Shown: positions 1 through 10,133 of the stretch, piece by piece | How positions within the stretch are numbered: position 1 is the first letter of the stretch | Layout of the letters: each line of letters opens with the position of its first letter | Source of the DNA: a virus | Taxonomy: Duplodnaviria > Caudoviricetes | Reading direction: 5' to 3' (one strand) | DNA length: 64,000 nucleotides | IMG/VR virus record: IMGVR_UViG_3300035208_006553 | Location: 44,380-108,379 of that record | Notes under the pieces: generated by a model | What the model was told of the DNA's origin: nothing | Database searches by the model: none | Seen by the model: the letters and a program-made list of their open reading frames with translations, nothing else | Program-made: the position numbers and the translations under genes

Positions 1-983
1 TTTATGCTAGAAAAGTACCTATAGCTAAATTAATTGCCGATGCTAATAAGACTGCTAATTTATTAACAATTTTTTTGGACGGCATTTTAGATAGAATACG
101 TACAGATGGAAGAGTTCATACTTCTTTAAATTTACAAATTGCAGAGTCGGGAAGACTTTCAAGCAGCGGGCCCAATCTTCAAAATATTCCCAACCGTACA
201 AATAACCCTACCGATGCAAAACTGATAAGAGATATTTATATTGCTGATTCTCCAAATCATGTTATTATAGAATTTGACCAAAAGCAGTGCGAGTTTCGGA
301 CATGGTGCCAAATGTCTCAAGATCCTGTTATGATTCAGGATTTAGCAAATGGGTTAGATATACATACTGATATAGCTTCTGAAGGGTTTAAAATACCAAA
401 AGATCAAGTTACGAAAGAGAAGAGAGACGGAGCTAAAGGTGTCGTTTTTGGTAAAATGTATGGAAGAGGAAATAGATCAGTTGCTGATCAATTAGGTATT
501 TCTATTAAAGAAGCTGAGAAAATAGAAACTGCTTTATTTAGTAAATATAAAGTAGCATCAGCTTGGTTAAGACAGGTAGTTATTAAAGCAAGACATGATA
601 AATATGTTGATAATTTATTTGGATTTAGAAGACATTTAAAGGGTTTAATAGATAGTTCTGATTCTGCTTTACGTTCAGCAGCTGAAAGGTTAGCCGTGAA
701 CGCTCCCATTCAAGGAGGAGCTTCTCAAATGGTATGTTATGCTATGTTAAAAGCAGATAAACTTTTTAAAGAAAATAATATTAGAGGACGTTTATTATTT
801 CCTATTCACGATGCTATTTTATTTAGCGTACATAAAGATGATATAAGAAGAGCAATACCTTTAATTGAAGAGAGTATGATACATCCTCACCCGCTTATAA
901 ATGTACCTTTGGGGATTGATGGGAAAATTGGGTATAGGTGGGGGTCAACTCAAACTGTTGAAGAGTATTTACAAACAAATTAA
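1..983 (+). CDS. polA: DNA polymerase family A, C-terminal polymerase domain (5'-truncated by window; frame open from position 3)
   Basis: Motifs GRLSSSGPNLQNIP, motif A (EFDQKQCEFR), motif B (RDGAKGVVFGKMYG), NAPIQG, motif C (IHDAI). Confidence 0.95.
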   Translation, partial: YARKVPIAKLIADANKTANLLTIFLDGILDRIRTDGRVHTSLNLQIAESGRLSSSGPNLQNIPNRTNNPTDAKLIRDIYIADSPNHVIIEFDQKQCEFRTWCQMSQDPVMIQDLANGLDIHTDIASEGFKIPKDQVTKEKRDGAKGVVFGKMYGRGNRSVADQLGISIKEAEKIETALFSKYKVASAWLRQVVIKARHDKYVDNLFGFRRHLKGLIDSSDSALRSAAERLAVNAPIQGGASQMVCYAMLKADKLFKENNIRGRLLFPIHDAILFSVHKDDIRRAIPLIEESMIHPHPLINVPLGIDGKIGYRWGSTQTVEEYLQTN

Positions 984-1004
984 AATAAAAGAAGGAGATG
1001 TAAA

Positions 1005-1463
1005 ATGACAAAAATTGGTGAGTTCGACGAACAAAGTATAATTCCTGGAATTAGCATAACCGGAAAAGATCAGAAACTTCCGTCTTTAGAGGGAGAGCTT
1101 ACAGAAGAACAAAAAGTTATAAGAAAAAAGTTAATAGACAGCATACCTTATCCAGAAGAGTCTGCTGAGATTAAAAAAGAAGAAGAAATTCCAGAAGACA
1201 TGTCTGAAGATGCTCTAGATCCTTTTAAAAAGATAAATATTACAGATTTAGGTAATAAAATAGTTAAAGCTGAAAACAAAGAAGAAGAAGTACATTACAA
1301 TCAGGAAGAGTTAATTGAACTTGTTAAAATTAATGCTGGATTTTTTTACAGTTGCTATATTCAACATAAACCACGGGTAGACACCAGAATTGAAGATGAA
1401 GCAATAAAATATTTAATTAGTTTTTACAAAAAATTACTAACTAAGATAAATCAAGGAATATAG
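1005..1463 (+). CDS. Hypothetical acidic protein
   Basis: 152 aa ORF with AAGGAG RBS, tightly packed between polA and groEL. Confidence 0.7.
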   Translation: MTKIGEFDEQSIIPGISITGKDQKLPSLEGELTEEQKVIRKKLIDSIPYPEESAEIKKEEEIPEDMSEDALDPFKKINITDLGNKIVKAENKEEEVHYNQEELIELVKINAGFFYSCYIQHKPRVDTRIEDEAIKYLISFYKKLLTKINQGI

Positions 1464-1464
1464 T

Positions 1465-3099
1465 ATGCGATCAAGGACTCTTTTATATGATTTAGAAGCA
1501 AGAACTAAATTAAAAGTCGGCATGGATGCTTTATCTGAAATGGTAAAAGTAACTCTAGGTCCAAAAGGTAATAATGTAATTATAGAAAAAATATCAGGTT
1601 TTCCTCTTATTACCAAAGATGGTGTAACTGTGGCTAGAGAAATTTACCTCAGTGATCCTATTGAAAATATGGGAGCTCAAGTGTTAAAAGAAGTAGCTAT
1701 GAAGACTAATGAAACTGCTGGAGATGGAACAACAACAGCAACAGTTCTTGCACACGCTTTTATTACAGAAGGTATTAAAAATTTAACTGCTGGTTCTAAT
1801 CCTATGGATTTAAAGAGAGGTATTGATATTGCAGTTAAACATGTTACAGATAGGTTAAAAGAGTTAAGTCGTCCAGTTACAGGTAAGGAAGATATAATAA
1901 GTGTAGCTTCCATTTCTGCAAATAATGATAATCAAATAGGGAATGATATAGCTAATTCTATTGAAAAAGCAGGTAACGAAGGAATAGTTATCGTTGAAGA
2001 TTCTAAAGATTCAGATACAATTATTGAGGTATCTGAAGGAATGCAAATTGATAGAGGATATCAGCATCCTTATTTTATTAATAAAACTGTTACAATGGAA
2101 GTTGAGTTAAAAGGGACTTATATATTATTTTATAATGGAAAGTTACATCAAATGCACGATCTAGCAAGAATAGCTGAAGCTGTTATTCAAAAAGAAGCTG
2201 CATCTTTTTTAGTTATTGCTGATGAATTTAGTCAAGAAGTTTTGCAATTGTTAGTAATGAATAAAATGAAAATGGGTAGACAATTTTGTGCTGTTATTTC
2301 ACCCGGTTTTGGAGATCGTAAAGTAGACTTATTGAATGATATGGCTGCTTTAACTGGAGGTACTGTGTTTGGTGGGGATTTATCTTTACCCCTTGCTCGA
2401 GCAGATATATCTCAATTAGGTTACGCTGACAAAGTATTAGTTGATAAGAATAAAACAGTTATAGTTGGCGGCAAAGGTAAGTCTGAGAAAGTGAAAGAAA
2501 GAGTTGATCAAATAAGGATGTTACTTGACAATACTATCGTTGACTTCGATAAACAGAGATTACAAGAAAGGTTAGGTAAGTTAACCGGTGGTATAGTTGT
2601 CTTGCGAGTAGGCGCAATTACAGAAACAGAGCTAAAAGAAAAGAAAATGAGAATAGAAGATGCTCTTCATGCTACACGAGCTGCTCTCGATGAAGGTATA
2701 GTACCTGGAGGAGGCGTAGCTTTAGTAAGAGCAAAAGAAATTATAAATAAGATTGATACTTCAAATTTAAGAGAGGATCAAAAAACCGGTATTAATATAG
2801 TAAAAAAAGCTTTAGATATTCCATTTTTAAGTATTTGCTCTAATGCAGGATTAACAGGAGAGGTAATTTTACAGGAAGTTATACAAGAAAATTTAGAATA
2901 TGGATATGATTCCTTGAACGATAAATATGGGAATATGTTTGAAATGGGAGTTATTGATCCAACTAAAGTTGTTAGGTTGGCTTTAGAAAATGCTGCTTCA
3001 ATTGCTGGATTATTTCTTACTACTAAAGGTGTTATTGCAGAATCAAAAGAAGAGAAGGAGTATATTGATAAATTAATGTCTCAAAGTCCTGCAAATTAG
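1465..3099 (+). CDS. groEL: Chaperonin GroEL (Cpn60)
   Basis: VTLGPKG, ITKDGVTVA, AGDGTTTATVLA, PGFGDR, EGIVPGGG, GVIDPTKV motifs; no GGM tail. Confidence 0.98.
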   Translation: MRSRTLLYDLEARTKLKVGMDALSEMVKVTLGPKGNNVIIEKISGFPLITKDGVTVAREIYLSDPIENMGAQVLKEVAMKTNETAGDGTTTATVLAHAFITEGIKNLTAGSNPMDLKRGIDIAVKHVTDRLKELSRPVTGKEDIISVASISANNDNQIGNDIANSIEKAGNEGIVIVEDSKDSDTIIEVSEGMQIDRGYQHPYFINKTVTMEVELKGTYILFYNGKLHQMHDLARIAEAVIQKEAASFLVIADEFSQEVLQLLVMNKMKMGRQFCAVISPGFGDRKVDLLNDMAALTGGTVFGGDLSLPLARADISQLGYADKVLVDKNKTVIVGGKGKSEKVKERVDQIRMLLDNTIVDFDKQRLQERLGKLTGGIVVLRVGAITETELKEKKMRIEDALHATRAALDEGIVPGGGVALVRAKEIINKIDTSNLREDQKTGINIVKKALDIPFLSICSNAGLTGEVILQEVIQENLEYGYDSLNDKYGNMFEMGVIDPTKVVRLALENAASIAGLFLTTKGVIAESKEEKEYIDKLMSQSPAN

Positions 3100-3108
3100 A
3101 AAAAAGAA

Positions 3109-3903
3109 ATGGTACATGAAATTATACAAACTTATTATAGAAATACTCAAATTTTAGATAAGTTAGCAATTTTTTTTAATAATAATTTATTGCAGCATAC
3201 TGATTCTTTAAATTATCTTTTACAAAGAGGTATAAGTAAAAAAGCAATTGAAGAGTTTAGAATAGGTTATGATATCAATGCTTTATCATTACAGACTTTT
3301 ATTGAAAAGGAAAATATTTCTTTAGAAAGCTTATCGGAAATAGGTGTATTAACTAAAAACGAAGATAATTCTTATTATGATAGATTTGCAGACCGTATTA
3401 TATTTCCAATTTTAGATATTAAAGGATTAGTTGCAAGTTTTAGTGGAAGGGTATGGCAGGAAAGTGACGAAAGAGCTAAGTATATCAATGGTAGTTTATC
3501 AAGTACTTATCAGAAATCTCTAACGTTATTTGGACTGTTTCAAGCTCTTTACGATATTCAAAAAAACAATTTAGTATTAGTAACAGAGGGAAACGTAGAT
3601 GTGATAACTTGCCATGTAAAAGATATTAAAATAGCAGTAGCTACATGTGGGTCTGCCTTTACGAAAGAGCATTTTCAATTGCTTAAAATGTTTGTAAACA
3701 GGTTTATTTTTTGTTTTGATAATGATGAAAGTGGTCGAAAATCTACAGAAAAAGTTAAGGGATTATTAAAAGATGAGAAAACTATAAAAGTAGGATATTT
3801 AAATATTGAAGGGGTAAAGGATTTAGATTTATTTATTCAAGTTAATGGAGCAGCTAAATTAAAAGAGATTATTAAAGAATTCAGTAATGAGTTAGTGTTT
3901 TAA
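3109..3903 (+). CDS. dnaG: DnaG-type primase catalytic core (TOPRIM), lacking the N-terminal Zn finger
   Basis: YLLQRGI, DRFADRIIFPI, FSGR, KYIN, VTEGNVD, FCFDNDESG, KDLD. Confidence 0.9.
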   Translation: MVHEIIQTYYRNTQILDKLAIFFNNNLLQHTDSLNYLLQRGISKKAIEEFRIGYDINALSLQTFIEKENISLESLSEIGVLTKNEDNSYYDRFADRIIFPILDIKGLVASFSGRVWQESDERAKYINGSLSSTYQKSLTLFGLFQALYDIQKNNLVLVTEGNVDVITCHVKDIKIAVATCGSAFTKEHFQLLKMFVNRFIFCFDNDESGRKSTEKVKGLLKDEKTIKVGYLNIEGVKDLDLFIQVNGAAKLKEIIKEFSNELVF

Positions 3904-3913
3904 ATGTATAATA
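3903..3913 (+). promoter_or_regulatory. Putative phage promoter, AATGTATAATA motif
   Basis: Same motif recurs in several intergenic gaps upstream of genes. Confidence 0.6.
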
Positions 3914-3928
3914 CAACAAAAAAAAAGT

Positions 3929-4312
3929 ATGAGAATATTAATTTGTGGTGACAGAAATTGGAGTAATTTAAGTTTTCTTAAAAAGTTTATTGATTCAATA
4001 CCTTTTGATAGTGTTGTAATTGAAGGAGAAGCTAGGGGTGTAGATCTTTTATCTAAAGCATATGCTAGAAAAAGAAATTTAGATGTAATACAGTTTCCTG
4101 CAAATTGGATGAAGTACGGTGCGGCTGCAGGACCTATTCGAAATTCGCAAATGCTAGAAGAAGGGTTACCTGATATTGTAACGGCTTTTCACTTTAATAT
4201 TGCAGAATCAAAAAGTACAAAAAATATGTTAATTCAAGCTAAAAATAAAGGTGTTAAGACATATTTAAATCCTTCTTCATTTCAAGAATTAGAAAATTTT
4301 AAGTATGATTAA
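3929..4312 (+). CDS. SLOG-family (DUF2493/YspA-like) protein
   Basis: RILICGDRNW, IEGEARGVD, FPANW.KYG.AAGPIRN.QML. Confidence 0.8.
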   Translation: MRILICGDRNWSNLSFLKKFIDSIPFDSVVIEGEARGVDLLSKAYARKRNLDVIQFPANWMKYGAAAGPIRNSQMLEEGLPDIVTAFHFNIAESKSTKNMLIQAKNKGVKTYLNPSSFQELENFKYD

Positions 4313-5138
4313 ACAAAAAACAAGACATACTGATAAAAGCTTAATTAACTTTCCAGTAGTTTTTACACCTCTTATGATAACTAATCCTTTATATAGAGAT
4401 GTTAAAGGTAATGCAGGTCAGGCTATTGTAAGAGTTGATACTAAGCGTATAATAACAATAGCTTCTGAGTATTATGAACCATTAACTCATATTGATAAAA
4501 TTAATAATATGGAACAGGTTTTAAGAGATTTAGGTATAAATTTTGAATTGTTTGATATTAATATTGGAGGTGTATCTGGTAATAGAGTATTCCTTAATTA
4601 CATACTTCCTACTTATAAGTTTGATGTTGAGGGTGACATTTTTGTACCATTTATACAAATTTACAGTGCTTATGATAGATACCTTTCAACTGGGTATTAT
4701 TCAGGTTTATACAACACTTCGACAACAAGTGCAGTTATTGTTAGAAAAGGTTTAAATTTAGTAAAACGTAAAGCATTATGGGGAAATGTGAAATTTAATG
4801 ATAGTATGATAGATATTGGAGGATGGATTACTGAATTAGGAGCGGTGAGAAGAAAATTAAAGAAATTAAAACTTGACAAGAACGTCGATAATTCATCAAA
4901 TATAGTAACTGCAATAATAGAAAAAAAGAAGCATCAATTGAATTTTTATAAAGCAAAAATCTTAGAAAGTTATATAGAAATATGTGATTTTTCAGAATAT
5001 TCATTGTTAAATTCTTTGATGGATTACGTCACACACTATATGAATGATGAAAAAAAGAAACGTTCTTATGATAGAATACGACATGCTCAAATTTTAATTG
5101 GTGATAAATTTTTAAATTTAAAAGGGGGTTTAATGTGA
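4305..5138 (+). CDS. Hypothetical protein, DUF932-like
   Basis: AIVRVDT..I...SEYYEPLTH N-terminal pattern; divergent. Confidence 0.45.
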   Translation: MIKQKTRHTDKSLINFPVVFTPLMITNPLYRDVKGNAGQAIVRVDTKRIITIASEYYEPLTHIDKINNMEQVLRDLGINFELFDINIGGVSGNRVFLNYILPTYKFDVEGDIFVPFIQIYSAYDRYLSTGYYSGLYNTSTTSAVIVRKGLNLVKRKALWGNVKFNDSMIDIGGWITELGAVRRKLKKLKLDKNVDNSSNIVTAIIEKKKHQLNFYKAKILESYIEICDFSEYSLLNSLMDYVTHYMNDEKKKRSYDRIRHAQILIGDKFLNLKGGLM

Positions 5139-5722
5139 ATGATTGGAGATATGCATTGGATAATGATAATAATAAGCAGCTTGATAATATAAGAAATTTA
5201 TTTAGTGCGTTAAAAATTCAATCTACTTTTACAGAAGCTTTCAAAATTTTATCTTTAAGTTTCGAACCTTTTGTTTTAGTAGGAGGGTTATCTCGAAGTT
5301 TTTATACATCTCCAAGAAATACAGGGGATATTGATTTATTATTTGATACTGAGTACGATTTAAAAAACTTTTTACACAGGCAAAAAGGTAATTACAAACA
5401 AATTAGACCCCATTCTATTATAATGAAAGGCTCAGAAGTAGATCTTTTAACTTCAGAATTTTTAGGAATATCTAGCGATATTCGTAATTACGTTTTTGAA
5501 ACTGCAAAACTTAGTGATTTAGGTGTAATGGTTGCAAGTAAAGAAGCTATTATTTTATTAAAGTTACAAAGATTGTCTCCAACAGATGACAATGATATAA
5601 GAGCTTTAATTGAAGCTGGAGGTAAAGATTTAAAAGTTAATGATATTTTAAGACTAGCAAAAACCAATAAAGAAAAAATTGAAGAAATTTTGGAACAAAG
5701 TAAAATGTTTTTGAAGGAGTGA
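5135..5722 (+). CDS. Pol-beta superfamily nucleotidyltransferase
   Basis: VLVGGLS...PRNTGDIDLL, EVDLL, C-terminal LLK..R...D..D. Confidence 0.75.
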   Translation: MNDWRYALDNDNNKQLDNIRNLFSALKIQSTFTEAFKILSLSFEPFVLVGGLSRSFYTSPRNTGDIDLLFDTEYDLKNFLHRQKGNYKQIRPHSIIMKGSEVDLLTSEFLGISSDIRNYVFETAKLSDLGVMVASKEAIILLKLQRLSPTDDNDIRALIEAGGKDLKVNDILRLAKTNKEKIEEILEQSKMFLKE

Positions 5723-5725
5723 TAA

Positions 5726-6778
5726 ATGGCAAAAGGTCAAGAAGTAGAACATACAAAATTCAAAGTTATTGAGGATGCTATTTCAAGTATTGAAAAACAA
5801 TACGGAAAAGGTACTATAATGAGATTAGGAGATAAACCTAATCACGATATAAAAGTAATATCTACTGGATGTTTATCTCTTGATTTTGCATTAGGTGTTG
5901 GAGGAGTTCCAAGAGGAAGAATAATTGAGATATATGGCCCCGAAAGCGGGGGAAAAACGAGTATGAGCCTTCATATTGTTGCTGAATGTCAAAAAAGAGG
6001 AGGTACTGCTGCGTTTATTGATGTGGAGCACGCGCTAGACAAAAAATATGCAAAGAAACTAGGAGTAGATACTGACAATTTATTACTATCTCAACCCGAT
6101 TTTGCAGAACAAGCATTAGAGGTAGTTGAAACACTTGTAAGAACTAATGCAATTGATATTATTGTTGTTGATTCTGTGTCTGCATTAGTACCTCGTTCGG
6201 AAGTTGAAGGAAATATGGGAGATCCTCAAATGGCTTCTCAAGCACGCTTAATGTCTCAAGCTCTCAGAAAATTAACACCTGTTGTTGCAAAAGCTAATTG
6301 TGTTGTAATTTTTATTAATCAAATTCGTATGAAAGTGGGAATGATATTCGGGAGTCCCGAAACTACTTCCGGCGGCAATGCTCTTAAATTTTATGCTTCA
6401 GTTAGATTAGATGTAAGGAAGGTGTCTGCAATAAAGGTTGGAGATTTAATAATTGGTAATAAAACTAAAATTAAGGTTGTTAAAAACAAATGCGCTCCTC
6501 CCTTCCGTGAGGTTCAAGTTGATATTATTTTTGGACAAGGAATTGATACAGTAGGAGACATAATTGACTTAGCTATTCAATTTGGATTAATTAAAAAGTC
6601 TGGGTCTTGGTTTACGTACGGAGAGGATAGGTTTCAAGGAAAAGAAGGTATATCAAAAGCTTTAAAGAGTAATTCTATTTTTGTAGAGAATTTGAGAACT
6701 CAATTAGTTAATATACTAAACAATCCTGAAATTACAGAAATTATACCTTCAACAGAAAATACTGAATTGCCGGAGTAA
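5726..6778 (+). CDS. recA: Recombinase RecA
   Basis: [61 protein letters not shown]. Confidence 0.98.
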   Translation: MAKGQEVEHTKFKVIEDAISSIEKQYGKGTIMRLGDKPNHDIKVISTGCLSLDFALGVGGVPRGRIIEIYGPESGGKTSMSLHIVAECQKRGGTAAFIDVEHALDKKYAKKLGVDTDNLLLSQPDFAEQALEVVETLVRTNAIDIIVVDSVSALVPRSEVEGNMGDPQMASQARLMSQALRKLTPVVAKANCVVIFINQIRMKVGMIFGSPETTSGGNALKFYASVRLDVRKVSAIKVGDLIIGNKTKIKVVKNKCAPPFREVQVDIIFGQGIDTVGDIIDLAIQFGLIKKSGSWFTYGEDRFQGKEGISKALKSNSIFVENLRTQLVNILNNPEITEIIPSTENTELPE

Positions 6779-6783
6779 AAATT

Positions 6784-7371
6784 ATGGTGATTACAATTTT
6801 AGGAAATATATTTCATCCTCTTGAAGATTGTTTACCTATGCTTCAAATTTTAGTAGCTGAAATTCAAGAAAGGCAAGAAATAATGTACAAAGTACCTTTT
6901 GAAGAATTAAATTCTATTAAGTTTACTTTAGATAGTACACCTGAGGAAGATATACCGGGATTTAATGAAAAGTATGCTTCTATTCAATCCCATATTAGTA
7001 GAGTTTCTTCTATTTTAATAGAAGCTAAAAGAGAAATAAAATATTGGAATGAATATAAAAGTCGTTTAAAATCTTTATACGTAAGAGCTAAAAATAATTT
7101 ATTAATTAACACTTCTGAAATTAAAGAGTTAAGAAATAAGGAAATGCAAGAATCAGCTATACAAGAAAGGATACCAGATTTAGTTCGTTTACTTGAAGGA
7201 TTAGATATTATTATTGACAGCTTAGAAAGTGATATTGACATTATTAGAATTAAAAAGGAAGAAATAGATAGTGCTAATGTTAATCTTAATCGTCAACAGA
7301 AAGTTATAGAAGATATGATTGGTCTTAATATAATACCTACGGGTGGTGGGTTGTTAAGAATGAGAAGATGA
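6784..7371 (+). CDS. Coiled-coil protein, possible UvsY-like recombination mediator
   Basis: Helical heptad pattern, directly downstream of recA; function inferred from position only. Confidence 0.35.
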   Translation: MVITILGNIFHPLEDCLPMLQILVAEIQERQEIMYKVPFEELNSIKFTLDSTPEEDIPGFNEKYASIQSHISRVSSILIEAKREIKYWNEYKSRLKSLYVRAKNNLLINTSEIKELRNKEMQESAIQERIPDLVRLLEGLDIIIDSLESDIDIIRIKKEEIDSANVNLNRQQKVIEDMIGLNIIPTGGGLLRMRR

Positions 7372-7397
7372 GATAAATAATACTGTTTTGAAAATGT

Positions 7398-7409
7398 TAA
7401 TGTATAATA
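7398..7409 (+). promoter_or_regulatory. Putative phage promoter TAATGTATAATA
   Basis: Exact motif copy upstream of AAGGAG RBS and ORF 7452. Confidence 0.65.
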
Positions 7410-7451
7410 AATAGCAATTATAATTTTTTTTAATTTAAAGGAGTAATACTA

Positions 7452-8132
7452 ATGCCAAAGGTAACAGTTAGAGATAGTATTGTCGAATTATATCCAGATG
7501 AGATTTATGTAATGGAAGTACGTAAATCGGATATAGGAAATAATAAAGATAATGGTAATCAATTTTTGATTTGGGAGTGTGAAATTATTGAACCTGCAGA
7601 ATATGCTGGTAAAATATATAAACATTTAACACCTATAGAAATAGGTCCAAAATCAAAGAGTTTTAAGTTTTTACTTTCTATCGGAGTTCCCGCACCTAAA
7701 GAAGGAGAGGTGTTTGATTTTAATTCTGATGATTATAATGGAAAAGAGTTTGTTGCACAGCTTACAACAGTTAAAATAAAAAAAGGACAAAATGCAGGTA
7801 AAGATAGAAATGAATTTAAAGATGTATGGTCTCCTCAAGAATTTTTAGATTTACAAAACAAATCTGCAGCGAGAGCTAATATTGTTCATAATATTGTTAA
7901 TAAAAATACAGTTTTAAATGCTCAACCTACTGCATTCGAAGTAATACCGAATACCGCAAGTGTAACAGACTCTGCAGTAGTTCAATCTGAAGTAACTAAA
8001 GTATTAAAATCAGTAACACAACCTGCTACGGTTAATACTAACACACTTCAGCGTACTTCTATATTGCAAAATACAAGTGGTGTTACAAAGCCAGTTACAA
8101 CTAACAAGTCTGTTACAGATTTTCCTGATTAA
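7452..8132 (+). CDS. Putative ssDNA-binding protein (DUF669-like OB fold with low-complexity tail)
   Basis: Beta-rich N-domain, T/N/V-rich linker, acidic-aromatic C-terminus DFPD; replication context. Confidence 0.55.
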   Translation: MPKVTVRDSIVELYPDEIYVMEVRKSDIGNNKDNGNQFLIWECEIIEPAEYAGKIYKHLTPIEIGPKSKSFKFLLSIGVPAPKEGEVFDFNSDDYNGKEFVAQLTTVKIKKGQNAGKDRNEFKDVWSPQEFLDLQNKSAARANIVHNIVNKNTVLNAQPTAFEVIPNTASVTDSAVVQSEVTKVLKSVTQPATVNTNTLQRTSILQNTSGVTKPVTTNKSVTDFPD

Positions 8133-8143
8133 GGAGGTATTGA

Positions 8144-8542
8144 TTGGCAAGCATAAAAGCAAAGAAAGGAAACCCTTTTGAGAGAAGAGTGGCTTATAAT
8201 TTAATGCAAGCAAATTATAAAGTAGAGCGATTAGATGATAATACTAAAGGGATTGATTTGATTGCTAAAGATTCTGATGAGTCGGTTCTTCCTTATGCTA
8301 TTGAATGTAAATTTCACAAAAAATTTAGTTGGAATGAATTAGTTAAAATTTATATCAAGACAGAAAAGACTAGCGAAAAGCATTTACTCAATCATCATTC
8401 GATTGTAGTATTAAAAGCTAATCAACAACCTCCTCTTGTTATGTATAAAGTAAGTCTCACGTATTTTGTACAAGAATTTACATCTTATTTTAATTGTCAA
8501 TTTGTAGATATTCCAAAAGGTTATAAAGTATGGAAGCAATAA
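8144..8542 (+). CDS. Holliday junction resolvase (PD-(D/E)xK, Hjc-like)
   Basis: KAKKGNPFERRVA, GIDLI, AIECK. Confidence 0.8.
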   Translation: MASIKAKKGNPFERRVAYNLMQANYKVERLDDNTKGIDLIAKDSDESVLPYAIECKFHKKFSWNELVKIYIKTEKTSEKHLLNHHSIVVLKANQQPPLVMYKVSLTYFVQEFTSYFNCQFVDIPKGYKVWKQ

Positions 8543-8564
8543 TGAAAATTAAGGAAATTTAAGT

Positions 8565-9191
8565 ATGAGCGGTATAATAGTTTTTGATATTGAAACATTA
8601 CCTAATGAATTAGATGAAATTACTTCTAAGTTGTTAGATCATAAAGTAAGAAATGTTGTTGAAGAGAAGAAAGAACAAGAAATGTTACAGTATAGATTTC
8701 ACGAACCAGCATATACAAAGGTCTGTTGCATTGGGGCCTTATATGATAAAGGAGATGGATCTGAAATTAAACAAAAGACTTTCTTTTCAAGAGATAATGA
8801 AAAAGAGGTAATTGAAAATTTTATTAATTATATTTCTCAATTTACAGGGAAGTTTGTATCTTTTAATGGACTTGATTTTGATGCACCTTTTATTCTTTAC
8901 AAGTGTTGTCAGTATGGAATTGAACCTCCCCAAAGATTTTGTAATCTTGTACGCTTTCGAGTAACCCCTCATTTTGATTTAATGCAGATACTTACAGTTT
9001 GGGGAAAATTTAGAATCTCTTTAGCTGAAGCTTGTTATAGCTTTGGTATAACAGTAAAAGAAAATCTACATGGATTAGACATTCTAACTTTTCTTCAACA
9101 AGCTTCTGATGAAGACATTCAGCTATATTGTCAAGAAGATGTTCAAAGTACTTATATGTTATATAAAAAAGTAAGTTTAATTTATCAATAG
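8565..9191 (+). CDS. DnaQ/PolB-like 3'-5' exonuclease
   Basis: ExoI VFDIET, ExoII SFNGLDFD, HFDL, ExoIII YCQEDV. Confidence 0.88.
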   Translation: MSGIIVFDIETLPNELDEITSKLLDHKVRNVVEEKKEQEMLQYRFHEPAYTKVCCIGALYDKGDGSEIKQKTFFSRDNEKEVIENFINYISQFTGKFVSFNGLDFDAPFILYKCCQYGIEPPQRFCNLVRFRVTPHFDLMQILTVWGKFRISLAEACYSFGITVKENLHGLDILTFLQQASDEDIQLYCQEDVQSTYMLYKKVSLIYQ

Positions 9192-9202
9192 TAGGAATTA
9201 AA

Positions 9203-9446
9203 ATGAACCACACTTCTCCTTCTCTTGAGACTAGAAAGAAGCAGTCTGATGCAAAAAAGGGATATAAACATACCGAAGAAGCTAAAAGGAAAATGAGTGC
9301 TGCCCGCAAAGGCAGACCTAGTACGAGAAAAGGAATATCCCGTACAGAAGAAGTTAAACGAAAATTATCTATTTTTTAATACTGGCAAAAAGCACACACA
9401 GGAATCAATACAAAAAATGTCTACTTCTCATAAAGGACAAATATGA
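9203..9446 (+). pseudogene. NUMOD3-repeat homing endonuclease remnant, frameshifted, no nuclease domain
   Basis: Translates as ...KKGYKHTEEAKRKMSAARKG...RTEEVKRKLSIF*; removing one T from the T6 run at 9372-9377 continues NTGKKHTQESIQKMSTSHKG. Confidence 0.75.
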
Positions 9447-9973
9447 ATTACATTTTAATCATATTAGGAATATGGGTTTACTTTCGATATTTCGGACCCT
9501 TACTAATTACATTCAAAAAGACATCTACTAATGCTATTACTCCAACTCGAGCTTACGGAAAAGCTGCTTGTTGGGATGTATATGCTCTTGAGAATAAGTC
9601 AATACCTACAGGACAGTGGAGAGAGGTAAAAGTTGGTATATCATTTGCGCCATGGCCTCATATTTATATGCCTTTTTTAAATCTATCTTTGACACCTTTT
9701 GGAAATGTAGCTTACAAAATACACACACGAAGTGGGTTAGCTATAAAAAAAGGATTAAGAAATCATTTAGGCATTATTGATAATGATTATAGAAATGAGA
9801 TAACTGTTATCATGTATAATCATAGTAATGTAGGGTATGCTTATCCAGTTAAGAAAGGAGATAAAATAGCTCAAATAGAATTTTATAGAGTTCCTTCAGT
9901 TTGGATGTTTCAAGTTAATAAATTGAGTAAATCTCAAAGAGGTGAAAACGGTTTTGGGAGTAGTGGAAAGTAA
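9443..9973 (+). CDS. dut: Trimeric dUTPase with hydrophobic N-terminal extension
   Basis: AACWDVY, TRSGLA, GIIDNDYRNEI, GDKIAQI, RGENGFGSSG. Confidence 0.93.
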   Translation: MNYILIILGIWVYFRYFGPLLITFKKTSTNAITPTRAYGKAACWDVYALENKSIPTGQWREVKVGISFAPWPHIYMPFLNLSLTPFGNVAYKIHTRSGLAIKKGLRNHLGIIDNDYRNEITVIMYNHSNVGYAYPVKKGDKIAQIEFYRVPSVWMFQVNKLSKSQRGENGFGSSGK

Positions 9974-10133
9974 TATGTATAATTTTCTAGTTAAAATGTA
10001 CACAGTTTTTGAATTAGCAGAAAGCAGTTGCAAATTCAAATTAGTTACAACTAAATTTCAAAGAATGCAAATACTACTAAGGTGTATTTATGTAGTATTT
10101 AGATTTTGTAAATATTAAAACAAAGGTGAATAG

